A DNA stretch of 64,000 bases from Candidatus Latescibacterota bacterium (GTDB lineage: Bacteria > Latescibacterota > UBA2968 > UBA8231). This document shows, one piece after another, positions 19,845 through 30,801 of the stretch (position 1 is its first letter; each line of letters starts with the position of its first letter). Under the pieces are notes generated by a model, which was not told the DNA's origin, did not search any database, and saw only the letters and a program-made list of their open reading frames with translations. Location of the stretch: NCBI GenBank assembly GCA_965205655.1, contig CBDBIJ010000029.1:32001-96000 (forward strand), given 5' to 3'. Position numbers and translations under genes: made by a program.

Positions 19845-20897
19845 TCACCATTCCGTAATGACGTTGAAACCGACGGTGTTGAAGTCGCTCATAGAGAGCA
19901 GGACGTCGCTCGCCTTCTCGACCGGAATCGTCTGAGAGACGAGCCTGTTCGGGTCCAGTGTTTCGTTGACGATAGAAGTGAGCAGCCCGGGGTAGCTCGT
20001 AGTCGGGCAACCGACGCTTCCCACGATGGTGATCTCATTGACCGTTATCATGTCCATCGGCATGCCCACGATCCCCTCATCGGAAGCGTCCGACATGCCC
20101 AGCTGGAGATGGCGGCCGCCCTTGCGCAGGGATTTGACCGCCGGCTGCGTCGTCACGGCGCCGCCGAGAGCGTCGACGGAGACGTGGCTGCCACCCCCGG
20201 TGATTTCCTTCACTGCCTCCACAGCGTCGACCTCAGCTGCGTTGATGGTCGCCACGGCGCCTTCCGCTTCTGCCAGCTTCAGCTTCTCGTTGTCGATGTC
20301 GACGGCGATGGCCTGGGCGCCTCGCATCGAGGCAATCTGCACGACCGACAGGCCGATGCCGCCGAGGCCGAACACGCAGATCCATTCGGCTGGCCGCACC
20401 TGAGCGCGGTCGACGACGCCGTGGTAGGCTGTCATAAAACGGCAGCCGGCCGCCGCCGCGCTGACGAAATCCATTTCGTCGGGCAAGTGCACGAGGTTGA
20501 CATCCGCCGCTGGCACGTTCGCCAGCTCGCCGAAGCCGCCGTTGAAATCCTTGCCGATCACGCCGTGAGCCTTGCAGATGTTGGTGCGACCTGAGTTGCA
20601 GTACTCGCACCTGCCGCAGGCCATATGAAACGGCAGGGTGACGCGATCGCCAGTCTTGAATGCGGTCACATTGTTGCCGACCGACTCGACTGTGCCGCCG
20701 AGCTCGTGACCCAGAACGAGCGGCAATTGGAGCTCGACGCCCAGCCAGGTCCACTCGCCCTGCCAAAAATGCCAGTCGCTGCGACAGACACCGCAGGCCC
20801 CGACGCGAACGACGGCGTCTGCGGGACCGGGCGAGGGATCGGGGAGTTCGCGAATTTCCAGCGGCTCCTTGAACCCGGTCATGACTGCTGCTTTCAT
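19845..20897 (-). CDS. Zn-dependent alcohol dehydrogenase (MDR)
   Basis: CRSD, GHE, CGRCEYC...C, GCRFMTA, GLGGIG. Confidence 0.92.
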   Translation of the reverse strand: MKAAVMTGFKEPLEIRELPDPSPGPADAVVRVGACGVCRSDWHFWQGEWTWLGVELQLPLVLGHELGGTVESVGNNVTAFKTGDRVTLPFHMACGRCEYCNSGRTNICKAHGVIGKDFNGGFGELANVPAADVNLVHLPDEMDFVSAAAAGCRFMTAYHGVVDRAQVRPAEWICVFGLGGIGLSVVQIASMRGAQAIAVDIDNEKLKLAEAEGAVATINAAEVDAVEAVKEITGGGSHVSVDALGGAVTTQPAVKSLRKGGRHLQLGMSDASDEGIVGMPMDMITVNEITIVGSVGCPTTSYPGLLTSIVNETLDPNRLVSQTIPVEKASDVLLSMSDFNTVGFNVITEW

Positions 20898-20979
20898 CGC
20901 AATCTCTGTTGTCTCTCAGTGTGGGCGCCGAGTATACCGTGGTGGTATGGGACCGTCAAGAACGCCGACGAGCACCTAG

Positions 20980-22489
20980 CAGCCTGTGGTGAAAGTCGGT
21001 GATTTTCTTGCGGCGCGGATGAGGAGCCTCTCCTTACCTTTGAGCATCAACCTTGCAGGGGAGATGCTGTCATGGCGTTGGGAAAACGGAAGCGCGCGAG
21101 CCAAGCTCAGCTGTGGGTGGCGACGCAGCACCTGAGGGCTCCGGGACATCCTTTTTACAAGAGATTGAATGAGGTGCTGGACAAGCACGGATTCGACGAG
21201 TTTGTGGAAGAGCGGTGCACGACGTTTTACGCCGAGGGCGCCGGTCGGCCCGGCATCCCGCCCGGGGTCTATTTCCGCCTGCTCATGATCGGCTATTTCG
21301 AGGGCATCGACTCGGAGCGTGAGATCGCCTGGCGCGTCGCCGATTCGCTGTCGTTGCGGGCATTCCTCGGCTACGAGCTCGACAAGGCTACGCCCGATCA
21401 TTCGACGGTGTCTCGCACGCGCCGGCTGATCGACTTCCAGACGCATCATGAGGTCTTCGAGTGGGTGTTGAAGGTGCTGGCCACATCGAACCTGCTGAAG
21501 GGGAAGACGCTGGGCGTCGACGCCACGACGCTGGATGCCAACGCCGCCATGCGCAGCATCGTGCGCCGGGACACGGGCGAAAGTTACGAGGAGTTTCTCA
21601 CGAAGTTGGCCAAGGCCTCGGGCATCGAGACGCCAACGCGAGAGGATCTGGCCAGAATCGACAAGAAGCGCCCGAAGAAAGCGTCCAATAAGGACTGGGA
21701 ACACCCGCACGATCCGGATGCCCGCATTACCAAGACGAAGGATCGTCGCACCCATCTGGCGCACAAGGTGGAGACGGCGGTGGACATGGACACCCAGGCG
21801 ATCGTCGCCGTGAGTCTGCCGAGTGCCGATGAAGGCGACACCGAATCGCTGCCGTGGATGCTGGTGCGAACCGAATTGAACGTGGAGGCCGTGTCGCAGG
21901 ATCCCGAGGCCAGGAAGCATCTGCATCCCAAACCGTTGTCGGAAGTCGTCACCGACAAGGGGTATCACAGCAACGAGGTGCTGGTCGATCTCAAAGCCAG
22001 TGCCATTCGCAGCTACATTTCCGAACCGGATCGCGGGCGTCGAGATTGGAAGGACAAAGCGGAAGCACAACAGGCGGTGTATGCCAATCGCCGACGCATT
22101 CGCGGCAACCGCGGGCAGGCGCTGCGGCGTAAGCGCGGCGAGCTGCTCGAACGCCCGTATGCTCATCTGTTCGAAACCGGCGGTATGCGACGGCTGTTTC
22201 TTCGGGGCCGACAAAACATCCTCAAACGCCTCGTCATTCACGTGTGCGGCTGCAATTTCGGCCTCCTCATGCGCACCCTCTTCGGTGCGGGCACTCCGAG
22301 GGGTATGAGGGAGGCGTTTTCCCTCATTTCGTCTCTCATCACTCAGGTTTTCGCGCCTTGGCGCGCTTTGTCGCCGCCCGTGGTTCAACTCTCGGGCACT
22401 GCTCGATTTTCGTCGCCATTGGCGGCAACTCGCACCACGAATCTCAGGCCACCCCAAATCTTCCCAAACGAGGCTTTAGCCACGGGCTG
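20980..22489 (+). mobile_element. IS1182/IS5-like insertion sequence
   Basis: IRs CAGCCTGTGGTGAAAG / CTTTAGCCACGGGCTG; CTAG direct repeats at 20976-20979 and 22490-22493. Confidence 0.88.
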
Positions 22490-22493
22490 CTAG
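21072..22493 (+). CDS. DDE transposase (DUF772 + DDE_Tnp_1 type)
   Basis: GRP..P, SER, PDHST.SR.R, GVDAT, TDKGY, R...ER; stop codon falls in the CTAG target. Confidence 0.9.
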   Translation: MALGKRKRASQAQLWVATQHLRAPGHPFYKRLNEVLDKHGFDEFVEERCTTFYAEGAGRPGIPPGVYFRLLMIGYFEGIDSEREIAWRVADSLSLRAFLGYELDKATPDHSTVSRTRRLIDFQTHHEVFEWVLKVLATSNLLKGKTLGVDATTLDANAAMRSIVRRDTGESYEEFLTKLAKASGIETPTREDLARIDKKRPKKASNKDWEHPHDPDARITKTKDRRTHLAHKVETAVDMDTQAIVAVSLPSADEGDTESLPWMLVRTELNVEAVSQDPEARKHLHPKPLSEVVTDKGYHSNEVLVDLKASAIRSYISEPDRGRRDWKDKAEAQQAVYANRRRIRGNRGQALRRKRGELLERPYAHLFETGGMRRLFLRGRQNILKRLVIHVCGCNFGLLMRTLFGAGTPRGMREAFSLISSLITQVFAPWRALSPPVVQLSGTARFSSPLAATRTTNLRPPQIFPNEALATGC

Positions 22494-22630
22494 CGCCGAA
22501 TCCAGCCCTCGTCGATTTCCATGCCGAATCCGGGGGCATGCAGGCGGAGATGAATCGATACACCGGCAGTTCCAGCAGTCGAATTTCGACAATCTCCACG
22601 GTCGCCATTCCGTCGATGGTGGGTGGCGGC

Positions 22631-22659
22631 TTGAGAAAAGTGTCTATTGGCCGCATTAT
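22631..22659 (+). promoter_or_regulatory. putative sigma70 promoter of the phyH-like gene
   Basis: TTGAGA, 17 nt, CATTAT; GGGAG RBS before the ATG at 22693. Confidence 0.45.
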
Positions 22660-22692
22660 TAGAGAACCGAATTTCCGCACGGGAGACTGACA

Positions 22693-23619
22693 ATGCAACT
22701 CAGCGCCAGGCAAATCGAACAGTTTGAAGAAAGCGGATTCCTCATCGTCGAGAACGCCCTCGACGACGCCGACATCGATCCTGTGATCGCCGACTACGAG
22801 GAACACATCGATCGTCGCGCCCGCGAGCTGCTGGCCGAAGGGAAGATCACCCAGCTCCACGAAGGGGCGCCTTTCGACAAGCGACTGGCACTCATCTGCG
22901 AGGAGAGCACGGACATCTACCCCGAGATGGATATCTATCAGCTTCGAGCCAAGGCAGCCTTCGAATTCCTGGGGAACGAGCGCTTGCTCGACATCGTAGA
23001 GGGGATCGTGGGGCCGGAGATCTCCTGTAACCCGGCCCAGCACCTGCGGGCCAAGCTACCCACGCGCCTGATGCCGGGTCCCGTGGGCCACGTGGCTGGC
23101 TGGCATCAGGACATGGGTGTCGTCCTCGACGAATCAGACCCGCATTTCATTCTCACGGTGTGGCTGCCGATGACTGACGCGACTGTGGAGAACGGCTGCC
23201 TGCAGATCCTGCCGCGCACCCACGGCAAGGGCCTCCTGGATCACGTCAGGATCACGGGAACGGGAACCATCATCGCCGACGATGAGATGCCAGACGTCGA
23301 GCCGCTCGTTCTCGAGATGGAGAAGGGCTCATTGCTGCTGATGCACAAGCAGATTCCCCACCGCTCAACCGAGAACCGTTCGAGCGGCATACGATGGAGT
23401 ATGGACCTGCGTTATCAGAAGACGGGAACCCCCTCTGGCAGGCCCTTCTACCCGGACTTCGTCGTCCGCAGTCGGTCCGATCCGGACTCCGCGCTGACCG
23501 ATCACGGCGAGTGGGTGCGGATGTGGGAGGAAGCACTGGACGCCGAAGCGCTGGCGGCAAAGGAAGGCCGGAAAGTAGAGCACCACCGCTGGCAAGAGGA
23601 ACCGGCCGCGGCCCACTGA
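22693..23619 (+). CDS. phytanoyl-CoA dioxygenase family (PhyH) Fe/2OG dioxygenase
   Basis: WHQD, W.P..DAT.ENGCL...P..H, HRS..N.S...R. Confidence 0.9.
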   Translation: MQLSARQIEQFEESGFLIVENALDDADIDPVIADYEEHIDRRARELLAEGKITQLHEGAPFDKRLALICEESTDIYPEMDIYQLRAKAAFEFLGNERLLDIVEGIVGPEISCNPAQHLRAKLPTRLMPGPVGHVAGWHQDMGVVLDESDPHFILTVWLPMTDATVENGCLQILPRTHGKGLLDHVRITGTGTIIADDEMPDVEPLVLEMEKGSLLLMHKQIPHRSTENRSSGIRWSMDLRYQKTGTPSGRPFYPDFVVRSRSDPDSALTDHGEWVRMWEEALDAEALAAKEGRKVEHHRWQEEPAAAH

Positions 23620-23645
23620 CTTCTCCTGCGATAGACGATCCTGCC

Positions 23646-24116
23646 TTACCTGGTTTTCAGTTCCCGCTCCAACAGTCTCGCCTCTTCCGCCGTGAATCCG
23701 TATAGCGTCATCTTGTCGTCGGTCCGCGCCAGCATCGGGCTGAAGTCCGCCCACCGTCCGTTGATCTGGGTGGCGAGCGGTTTCTTGACGTTTGTCGAAT
23801 CAGAGCTGAAGACCCCCATCTTCTGTCTCGCGTACTCGTTGAGGAGCGCGATCACGGCGACGCTGCCGTCGGCCTGAGATGCCGTTCGAAAGGCGAGGAT
23901 GTTCCAATCAGTTATGAGCGGCTCCTCGGCCACGTAGTATTCCCCCGCGGCGGCCCGTGGATCTCCCTCGAAGGTCACAGCGCGCCATCCCGGCTGCAGC
24001 TCGACCTTCTCTATTTCCCGCACCGCGGGAAAGACCTGAATCGAGATGCCCTCGTCCCGCTCGCACGAGACGAGGCTCAGCGCCAACGCGCACACCGCGA
24101 TCAAGATAGCTAACAT
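23646..24116 (-). CDS. lipoprotein, possibly SecD P1-head-like
   Basis: Lipobox LVSC; 'N...K....S..N.KKPLA..I.G' resembles the SecD head subdomain. Confidence 0.55.
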   Translation of the reverse strand: MLAILIAVCALALSLVSCERDEGISIQVFPAVREIEKVELQPGWRAVTFEGDPRAAAGEYYVAEEPLITDWNILAFRTASQADGSVAVIALLNEYARQKMGVFSSDSTNVKKPLATQINGRWADFSPMLARTDDKMTLYGFTAEEARLLERELKTR

Positions 24117-25222
24117 CAATCGGTTCCTCCCCAGGCCAGACTGTCCGCCTCGGTTGCCGACAGGGTGAGGTCGGCTTCCGGAGAATCGCAGCTCTCGCTT
24201 GCCCGCCAGCGATCGAGAAGCTGCAGCATGTCATCCAGAGACTGGGTCGTCAACAGCTCACGCCGCCTGGCGGTATCGCGCCCCAGTTCCTTGAAGTAGA
24301 GGGCGAGGTGCTTTCTGGATTCGAGCACACCGACGCGCTCGCCCTTGTATCGGGCCATCAAGCGGAGTTGCTCGGCTGCCAGGTCGATGCGCTCTGTCGC
24401 CGTGGCTCCGTCGCGACCGGCGAAGATCCAGGGATTGGCCATGGCGGCACGGCCGATCATCACGCCGTCGCATCCGGTGTGTCGCCGCATGGCGAGGGTA
24501 TCTTCGTAGCTGCAGATATCCCCGTTGCCGAAAACGGGGATTGAAGCGCCATCCTTCGCTTTTGCGATCCAATCCCAGTCTGCTTGGCCTTTGTACCTCT
24601 GCACGACCGTGCGTCCGTGGATGGCAATCGCCAGGGCGCCGGCATCTTCGACGCGCCGCACGACCTCCAGAATGTTGATCGAGGCGTCGTCCCAGCCTAT
24701 CCGGGTTTTGACCATCACAGGGACGTCGACGGCCTCCACAGTCTCGCGGACCGCTCGATAAAGCAAATCCAGATCCTTGAGATAGGCTGCGCCACACCCT
24801 TTGCGCAGGATCTGAGGCACGGAGCAGCCGAAGTTGATGTCGACGATCTGGGCGCCACGGCGCTCGAGCTCGGCAGCCCCAGCTGCGATCAAGCCGATGT
24901 CGTTGCCGTAGATCTGCGCCGCGAGCAGGGAGTCGCCGTTGTCCACATAGATAGGGGCGTCGGAGAAATCGAGGAGTCGCTCGCTCCTTCTCGAACCCTC
25001 TGGAATCACACGGCAGTTGATGAACTCGACTCCGACCACGCGCGCGCCGAGACGGGCACAGATGAGCCGAAAGACCCAGTTGCCCACGCCCGCGAGCGGA
25101 GCAAGGGCGAGAATCGGCATGCCGGGTCTGAGTGGCCTGAGCAGATAGGGACCGAGCTCAAAGCCCGCATGGTCAGCCGACAAGGTACTCGGATACGCAG
25201 TTATGGAAGCGATTTCAGTCAT
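24116..25222 (-). CDS. dusB: tRNA-dihydrouridine synthase (DusB-like)
   Basis: LAP.AG, DINFGC, VK.RIG, HGRT..Q.Y.G.ADW, NGDI, GVMIGRA..NPW. Confidence 0.88.
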   Translation of the reverse strand: MTEIASITAYPSTLSADHAGFELGPYLLRPLRPGMPILALAPLAGVGNWVFRLICARLGARVVGVEFINCRVIPEGSRRSERLLDFSDAPIYVDNGDSLLAAQIYGNDIGLIAAGAAELERRGAQIVDINFGCSVPQILRKGCGAAYLKDLDLLYRAVRETVEAVDVPVMVKTRIGWDDASINILEVVRRVEDAGALAIAIHGRTVVQRYKGQADWDWIAKAKDGASIPVFGNGDICSYEDTLAMRRHTGCDGVMIGRAAMANPWIFAGRDGATATERIDLAAEQLRLMARYKGERVGVLESRKHLALYFKELGRDTARRRELLTTQSLDDMLQLLDRWRASESCDSPEADLTLSATEADSLAWGGTD

Positions 25223-25239
25223 GTCACAGCGACAGAGAA

Positions 25240-25575
25240 TCAGCCCGAACTACGCTGCTGGATTTCAGCGGCCGTCGCCTTTTCGGCTTCGGCCTCGGCA
25301 ATCATACCCTTGCGCTGGTAGATGATGGAGAGACTGGTGTGGGTGAGAAAATCGTCCGGGTTGCACTCGGCCGCCCGCTTCGCCGCCTCGAGGGCGGAAT
25401 CATAGTCGCCCAGCTTTTCGTAGGCGTGGGCCAGAGACTGGTGCACATCGCCGAAATCCGGATCGATTTCAAGGGCTCGCTGAAAGTCGGCGATCGAAGC
25501 CTCGAACTCCTGCTGAACGAATTTCGCCATGCCGCTCTTGTAGAGAGACATCCTGTCCTCCGCCTCGCCACCCAC
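25240..25575 (-). CDS. TPR repeat protein
   Basis: AIADFQRALEIDP-type helical repeats; start codon uncertain. Confidence 0.8.
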   Translation of the reverse strand: MGGEAEDRMSLYKSGMAKFVQQEFEASIADFQRALEIDPDFGDVHQSLAHAYEKLGDYDSALEAAKRAAECNPDDFLTHTSLSIIYQRKGMIAEAEAEKATAAEIQQRSSG

Positions 25576-25576
25576 G

Positions 25577-26228
25577 TCAGTTTGCCCTGGTAAGGGATTC
25601 GAGCTGCTGAACGATGTCCTCAAACACGGCATCGGGAGAGGCCGTGCCGTCGACGAGGACGAGCTGCTTCAGGGAGGCAAAATGCCCGATTACTGCATCC
25701 GTTTCTTGGTGGAAGATGCTGAGGCGCTTGAGCACCACATCGTCGCGGTCATCACCCCGCTGCTGGAGCCGGGCGAGGATCTCGGGAGCGGGTGTGTCGC
25801 CGTCGAAGTTGAGGTTGTAGGTCCGGCCCGTTTCCGGATCGAGGCGGCGGCCGGAAAGACGGGTTATGACGACCTCGTCCGGTACCCGGATCAGGATTAT
25901 CCCGTCCAGAGTGAGCTCCTTTGTCGCCATGATGTCGTCGAAGGACTCCATCTGTCGCTTCGTCCTCGGGTAACCGTCCATCATGAACCCGTTCTTCGCA
26001 TCATCTCTCGAAAGACGCTCTTCGACGAGCGAGGTGACATGGTGGTCCGGCACGAGTCGGCCGGCTCCCAGGTAGTGTTTCCACGAGCTGACCGAGGTCG
26101 GTGCGGGCGGCCACGGCCTCGCGCAGCATCTCTCCGGTCGAGATGTGGGCGAGGTGATAGTGGTTCTCAAGGCGCGCCGCCTGGGTCCCCTTGCCGGAAC
26201 CAGGTGCGCCGAGCAGAATCAGATGCAA
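25577..26228 (-). CDS. adk: adenylate kinase (frameshifted near 26080)
   Basis: [34 protein letters not shown]. Confidence 0.92.
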
Positions 26229-26445
26229 GAATCGTCCCCCATAGTGAAACCACGAATTTCAATATGTAACCAATACCCGAAGGTTTCGCAAGTTCATGTC
26301 TGCACTGTACATTCTGATCACCGTCGCCCGGCGCCCAGTGGATGGATCTGCGACAGATGGCGCCGTAGATTTTCAAGGCGCGCCGGCCCCTTCGCGATGC
26401 TCGCCGTTGCCGAGGGCGCCGACAGCCTAGCTCACCAATGGAGAG

Positions 26446-27589
26446 ATGATTGTGAGCCCCACTTTCCTCACCCTGACCGCGGCGCTCCTGCTGGCGGTCC
26501 CGGCCTGGGCCCAGCTCATCGAGCGTCTCGTCGACATAGAGCCACTCAGCTACGTGGCCTACCGTGCCCTTTCCCGGATCGAGGTCGACGGGCGTCTCGA
26601 CGAACCCTCGTGGCAGCGGGTTCCGTGGACGGGGGAGTTCATCGACATAGAAGGGGCCGACGAAGCGCCCGCACCGCCTTTGCGCACGCGCGCGAAAATG
26701 ATCTGGGACGACGACTATTTCTATGTCGCCGCCGACATCGAGGAACCCCAGCTGTGGGGCTTCGGTGACCGAACGCGACGATTTCATTTACCACGACAAC
26801 GATTTCGAGGTCTTCATCGATCCCGATGGGGACACGCACGAATACTACGAATACGAGATCAACGCCTTCGGCACATCCTGGGATCTGTTCCTCGTCAAGC
26901 CGTATCGGGACGGCGGTCCCTTCATGAGCGCCTGGGACATTAAGGGTATGAAAAAGGCGGTTCAGGTGTGGGGCACCGTCAACGATCCCAGGGATGAGGA
27001 CGAGGGCTGGACCGTCGAGCTCGCTTTTCCGTGGTCGGTTCTCAAGGAGTGCGCCCACCGGCCGGCTCCCCCCAGGGACGGCGACCAGTGGCGCGTCAAT
27101 CTGATACGCGTCCAGTGGCCGCTGGAGTCCGAACAGGACCTCGAAGGCTACGCCAAGATCGACGGAGCGAAAGCGGCGCTCTGGGTGTGGTCACCCCAGG
27201 GGTTGATGGATATGCATTATCCCGAGCAATGGGGGTTCGTGCAGTTCTTGAGCCAGCGTTCAGGGAGTGCTCGAGTGAGCTTCGAACCGCCACCCGAGCG
27301 GGAGGCGCGGCGGTTGCTGCGCGAAATCTACTACCGTCAGCGCCAATTTCATCAACGCACTGGAGCCTACGCCGACAGCCTGGCCGAGCTCGGGATCGGT
27401 CATCGCATTCTCAGGGATTTCCTGTGGCCGCCCGAGATGCAGGCGACAGACCACATGTTCGAAGCATCGCTCGAGGAGGTCGTTGACCTGAATGAGGACG
27501 GCAAAATCAGCCGCTGGTTGATCCGCCACGACTCGAAAGCGTGGAAGGAGGAGGCAGGGGGACGCCGACCACAGGGCACGGACCAGTAG
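26446..27589 (+). CDS. secreted carbohydrate-binding family 9-like protein (frameshift near 26760)
   Basis: DG.LDE..W, WDDDY.Y, DNDFEVFIDPDGD, W.VE.A.PW, MHYPE.WG. Confidence 0.85.
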
Positions 27590-27594
27590 GACGA

Positions 27595-29508
27595 TCAAGC
27601 GCCGGCCGGTTCAGGCTCGGCGGCGGCCCGACCCCTGCGGGCGTGGAGAATGACCATGAGCGACGAAACGTCGGCCGGCGAGACCCCGGAGATCCTCGAT
27701 GCCTGGCCCAGGGTTCGCGGCCTCACAGCCCTCAGTTTCTGGCGCGCCTCTGTGGACAGCTGGCCAGCCTCGGCGTCGTAGTCGAAGTCATGTGGCAGGG
27801 CCAGCGACTCCAATCGTTTCAGCTTCTCGACCATCGTCCCCTGGCGCTCGATGTAGCCGGCGTATTTGATCTCCGCCTCAAGATGCTCGGCGGCGTCCGC
27901 GGAGACAGCGATCGCCGGCGGTGAGAGCTGCGCCACATCCCCATAGCTCAACTCGGGCCTTCTGAGCAGGTCGACGAGCAATGCGGACTCTTTGAGGGGC
28001 GCTGTGCCGCGGCGGCGCAGCAGCTCATTCGTGCGCTCGCCGGCGCTGACGCGGGCGGCACTGAGTCGGCTGAGCTCCGCATCCACCGCCCTCTTCTTGG
28101 CGCCGAACGCCGTCCACATCTCGTCATCCACGAGCCCGAAGCGGCGACCCTGCTCCATGAGTCGAAAGTCGGCATTGTCTTCCCGAAGCAGGAGTCGAAA
28201 CTCCGCCCTCGAAGTGAAAATTCGGTAGGGCTCCTCGGTGCCCTTCGTCACCAGATCGTCGATGAGGACGCCGATGTAGGCCTGCGACCGGTCGAGCACA
28301 AAGGGCTCCTCACCGCGGGCCTTGAGCGCGGCGTTGATCCCGGCCATCAAACCCTGCGATCCAGCCTCTTCGTAACCGGTGGTGCCGTTGATTTGGCCGG
28401 CGAAGAACAGGCTGGCGACCCTCTTCGTCTCCAGCCATGAATACAGCTGCGTCGGCGGTGCGAAATCATACTCCACGGCATACGCGGCCCGCATGATCTC
28501 GGCTCGCTCGAGGCCGGGGATGGTGCGCAGGATGGTGAGTTGCACCTCCTCGGGCAGGCTCATCGACAGCCCGTTGATGTAAAACTCGAGGGTGCGCACG
28601 CCCTCCGGTTCCACGAAAATCTGATGGCGATCCCGCTCGCCGAACTTCACCACTTTGTCCTCGATCGAGGGACAGTAGCGCGGCCCGATGCCCTCGATCC
28701 GACCGCTATACATGGCGGAGCGTGACAGGTTGTCGCGTATGAGCTCGTGGGTGCGCTCGTTCGTATAGGTGATCCAGCAGGGAAGCTGTGGCAGCACAGG
28801 CGCTTCCATCTTGTACGAGAATAGCCGCGGCGGTTCGTCGCCGCGCTGCTCTTCGAGGCGGTCGAAGGCGATGGTCCTGCCGTTGACCCGCGGCGGGGTG
28901 CCGGTTTTCAGTCGGCCGATTTCGAAACCTATCCCCGCCAGCCCGGCAGCGGCTTTGTCGGCGGCGCCCTCGCCGGCTCGTCCCGCCACGTACGAGAAAT
29001 CCCCCACGTGGACCTTGCCGCGCAAGAAGGTTCCGGTTGTGAGAACGACTGCCCGGCCGCCGTAGCAGGTCCCGCCCTTGACCGCCACACCCGTGACGCG
29101 GCCGCTTTCGACGATGAGCTGTTCCATGAGCCCCTGGCGCAGGTCGAGGTGCTCCTGCTGCTCGCAGACGTACTTCAGCTCGAATTGGTAGGTCTTCTTG
29201 TCGCACTGCGCCCGCGTCGCTCGCACCGCCGGGCCTTTGCTCGTATTGAGGCGCCGGAACTGAATGCCGCTGCGATCGGTGTTGAGCGCCATCTGCCCAC
29301 CGAGGGCGTCGATCTCCTTCACCATATGACCCTTGCCGATGCCGCCGATGGCGGGGTTGCAGGACATCTGGCCAATGGTGTCGAGATTCATGGTGAGCAG
29401 CAGGGTCTCGGCACCCATGCGGGCGGCTGCGAGGGCGGCCTCGGTGCCGGCGTGACCGCCACCGACGACGATGACGTCATACGACTTGTGATAGGGGGTA
29501 GTGGACAT
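27595..29508 (-). CDS. mnmG: tRNA uridine-5-carboxymethylaminomethyl modification enzyme MnmG/GidA
   Basis: [48 protein letters not shown]; alternative GTG start at 29532. Confidence 0.97.
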   Translation of the reverse strand: MSTTPYHKSYDVIVVGGGHAGTEAALAAARMGAETLLLTMNLDTIGQMSCNPAIGGIGKGHMVKEIDALGGQMALNTDRSGIQFRRLNTSKGPAVRATRAQCDKKTYQFELKYVCEQQEHLDLRQGLMEQLIVESGRVTGVAVKGGTCYGGRAVVLTTGTFLRGKVHVGDFSYVAGRAGEGAADKAAAGLAGIGFEIGRLKTGTPPRVNGRTIAFDRLEEQRGDEPPRLFSYKMEAPVLPQLPCWITYTNERTHELIRDNLSRSAMYSGRIEGIGPRYCPSIEDKVVKFGERDRHQIFVEPEGVRTLEFYINGLSMSLPEEVQLTILRTIPGLERAEIMRAAYAVEYDFAPPTQLYSWLETKRVASLFFAGQINGTTGYEEAGSQGLMAGINAALKARGEEPFVLDRSQAYIGVLIDDLVTKGTEEPYRIFTSRAEFRLLLREDNADFRLMEQGRRFGLVDDEMWTAFGAKKRAVDAELSRLSAARVSAGERTNELLRRRGTAPLKESALLVDLLRRPELSYGDVAQLSPPAIAVSADAAEHLEAEIKYAGYIERQGTMVEKLKRLESLALPHDFDYDAEAGQLSTEARQKLRAVRPRTLGQASRISGVSPADVSSLMVILHARRGRAAAEPEPAGA

Positions 29509-29512
29509 GCTC

Positions 29513-29788
29513 TCAGGTACTTTCACCGCCACGCCTGTCGAATTTCTCCTCGAGCTCTCGCACCAGCGTGTCGAGAAGCTCCTGAGGCTCGCCGTCGCGT
29601 TCGAGTTTGTCGGTCCAGCGCCACTGGTCGAGGTAGTCGTCCGAGCCCTCGAGGCCCTCCTCCATGGCGACCCGGTCGATCTCCAGTTGAAACTTGCCGG
29701 GCATGGGTTTCGAGAGCGGCCTGCGGCCGTCGAAGACGCGAACCTGCGCGGGGATTTCCCTCCAGTAGAGGATCTGGTACTCGGCCAT
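29513..29788 (-). CDS. 'Virulence factor' (Virulence_fact) family small protein, typical of corrinoid/folate gene clusters
   Basis: [11 protein letters not shown]...FQ..ID..AM..G...SDDYL.QW. Confidence 0.75.
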   Translation of the reverse strand: MAEYQILYWREIPAQVRVFDGRRPLSKPMPGKFQLEIDRVAMEEGLEGSDDYLDQWRWTDKLERDGEPQELLDTLVRELEEKFDRRGGEST

Positions 29789-29790
29789 GA

Positions 29791-30801
29791 TCAGTTCGTT
29801 CCGGTTGTGTCTGCGGCGATCGCGTCGCGAAAGGAACGGATGTGTTCCGGCCTCGTTCCACAGCAACCGCCGATGACGGAAGCCCCAGCGCCGACCAGGT
29901 CGGGTACGAGGGCAGCCATCTCCTCCGGAGACTGATCGTACACCGTGAGCTGACGCTTGTCGAGGCGCGGCATGCCGGCGTTCGGATACGCCATCAGGAA
30001 CTTGCCGGAAACCCCCCTCTCATCGAGAGCCTGTTTGAGTTGCTCGATGCCGCTCACGGCGTACGGCATGCCGGTGTGTTCCGGCCGGCGTTGCTCGGCG
30101 CCGCAGTTCAGGCCGAGGATGTGAACGTCGTCAACCAGGTTATCACCCTGAGAAAATTCGCCAGAGGACAGAATGTCGATCATGTCAGCAGCCGAGTGAC
30201 CCCAGTCGGTGCGGTAGACGATTTCGCCGGTGGCGCGATCTGCGGTGAACTTGTAGGTCAGGTTGAGGGCTATGGGGACGTCGAACTGACGCGCCACATC
30301 GACGGCGAGGGCCGCTTCTTTGGCGGAGAACATGGTTTCGAGGCAGAGCAGGTCGACGCCGCCATCCACCAGGATAGCGGCGACCCGCTCGTGTGCCCGC
30401 CGTGCCTTCTCGTTGGCAATGCCGAATTCGGTATCGCCGCTGTCGGCCTCGATGGCCCCCGGCGACGGTCCGAGGGAACCGGCGATGTAGACTTCACGCT
30501 CGCTACGCGCACACGCGGCCCGAGCTCGCTCGACGGCCAGAGCGACAATGTGCTCCACTTCGTCACCTTCCTTGCCGGCCATCTCGAGATGGAGCGGTGA
30601 GGCGACGAAGGTGTTCGTCTGCACGATGTCGGCGCCCGCCTCGATATAGTCATGCGTGGCCCCGACGACCACATCGCCGTGGGACTCGTTGGCCAACGAG
30701 CTGTTGGCCAGCTCCACGCCCCGGGCGAAGAGCTCGCTGCCGAACCCGCCGTCGTAGAGCATCGGCTCTCCCGAGGCCAGTCTTTCGAGAAAGGGTTTCA
30801 C
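29791..30801 (-). CDS. stand-alone homocysteine S-methyltransferase domain (split MetH/BHMT-like)
   Basis: DGG.G.EL, AGAD...TNTF, GLNC, PNAG.P, GGCCGT.PEHI. Confidence 0.9.
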   Translation of the reverse strand: MKPFLERLASGEPMLYDGGFGSELFARGVELANSSLANESHGDVVVGATHDYIEAGADIVQTNTFVASPLHLEMAGKEGDEVEHIVALAVERARAACARSEREVYIAGSLGPSPGAIEADSGDTEFGIANEKARRAHERVAAILVDGGVDLLCLETMFSAKEAALAVDVARQFDVPIALNLTYKFTADRATGEIVYRTDWGHSAADMIDILSSGEFSQGDNLVDDVHILGLNCGAEQRRPEHTGMPYAVSGIEQLKQALDERGVSGKFLMAYPNAGMPRLDKRQLTVYDQSPEEMAALVPDLVGAGASVIGGCCGTRPEHIRSFRDAIAADTTGTN

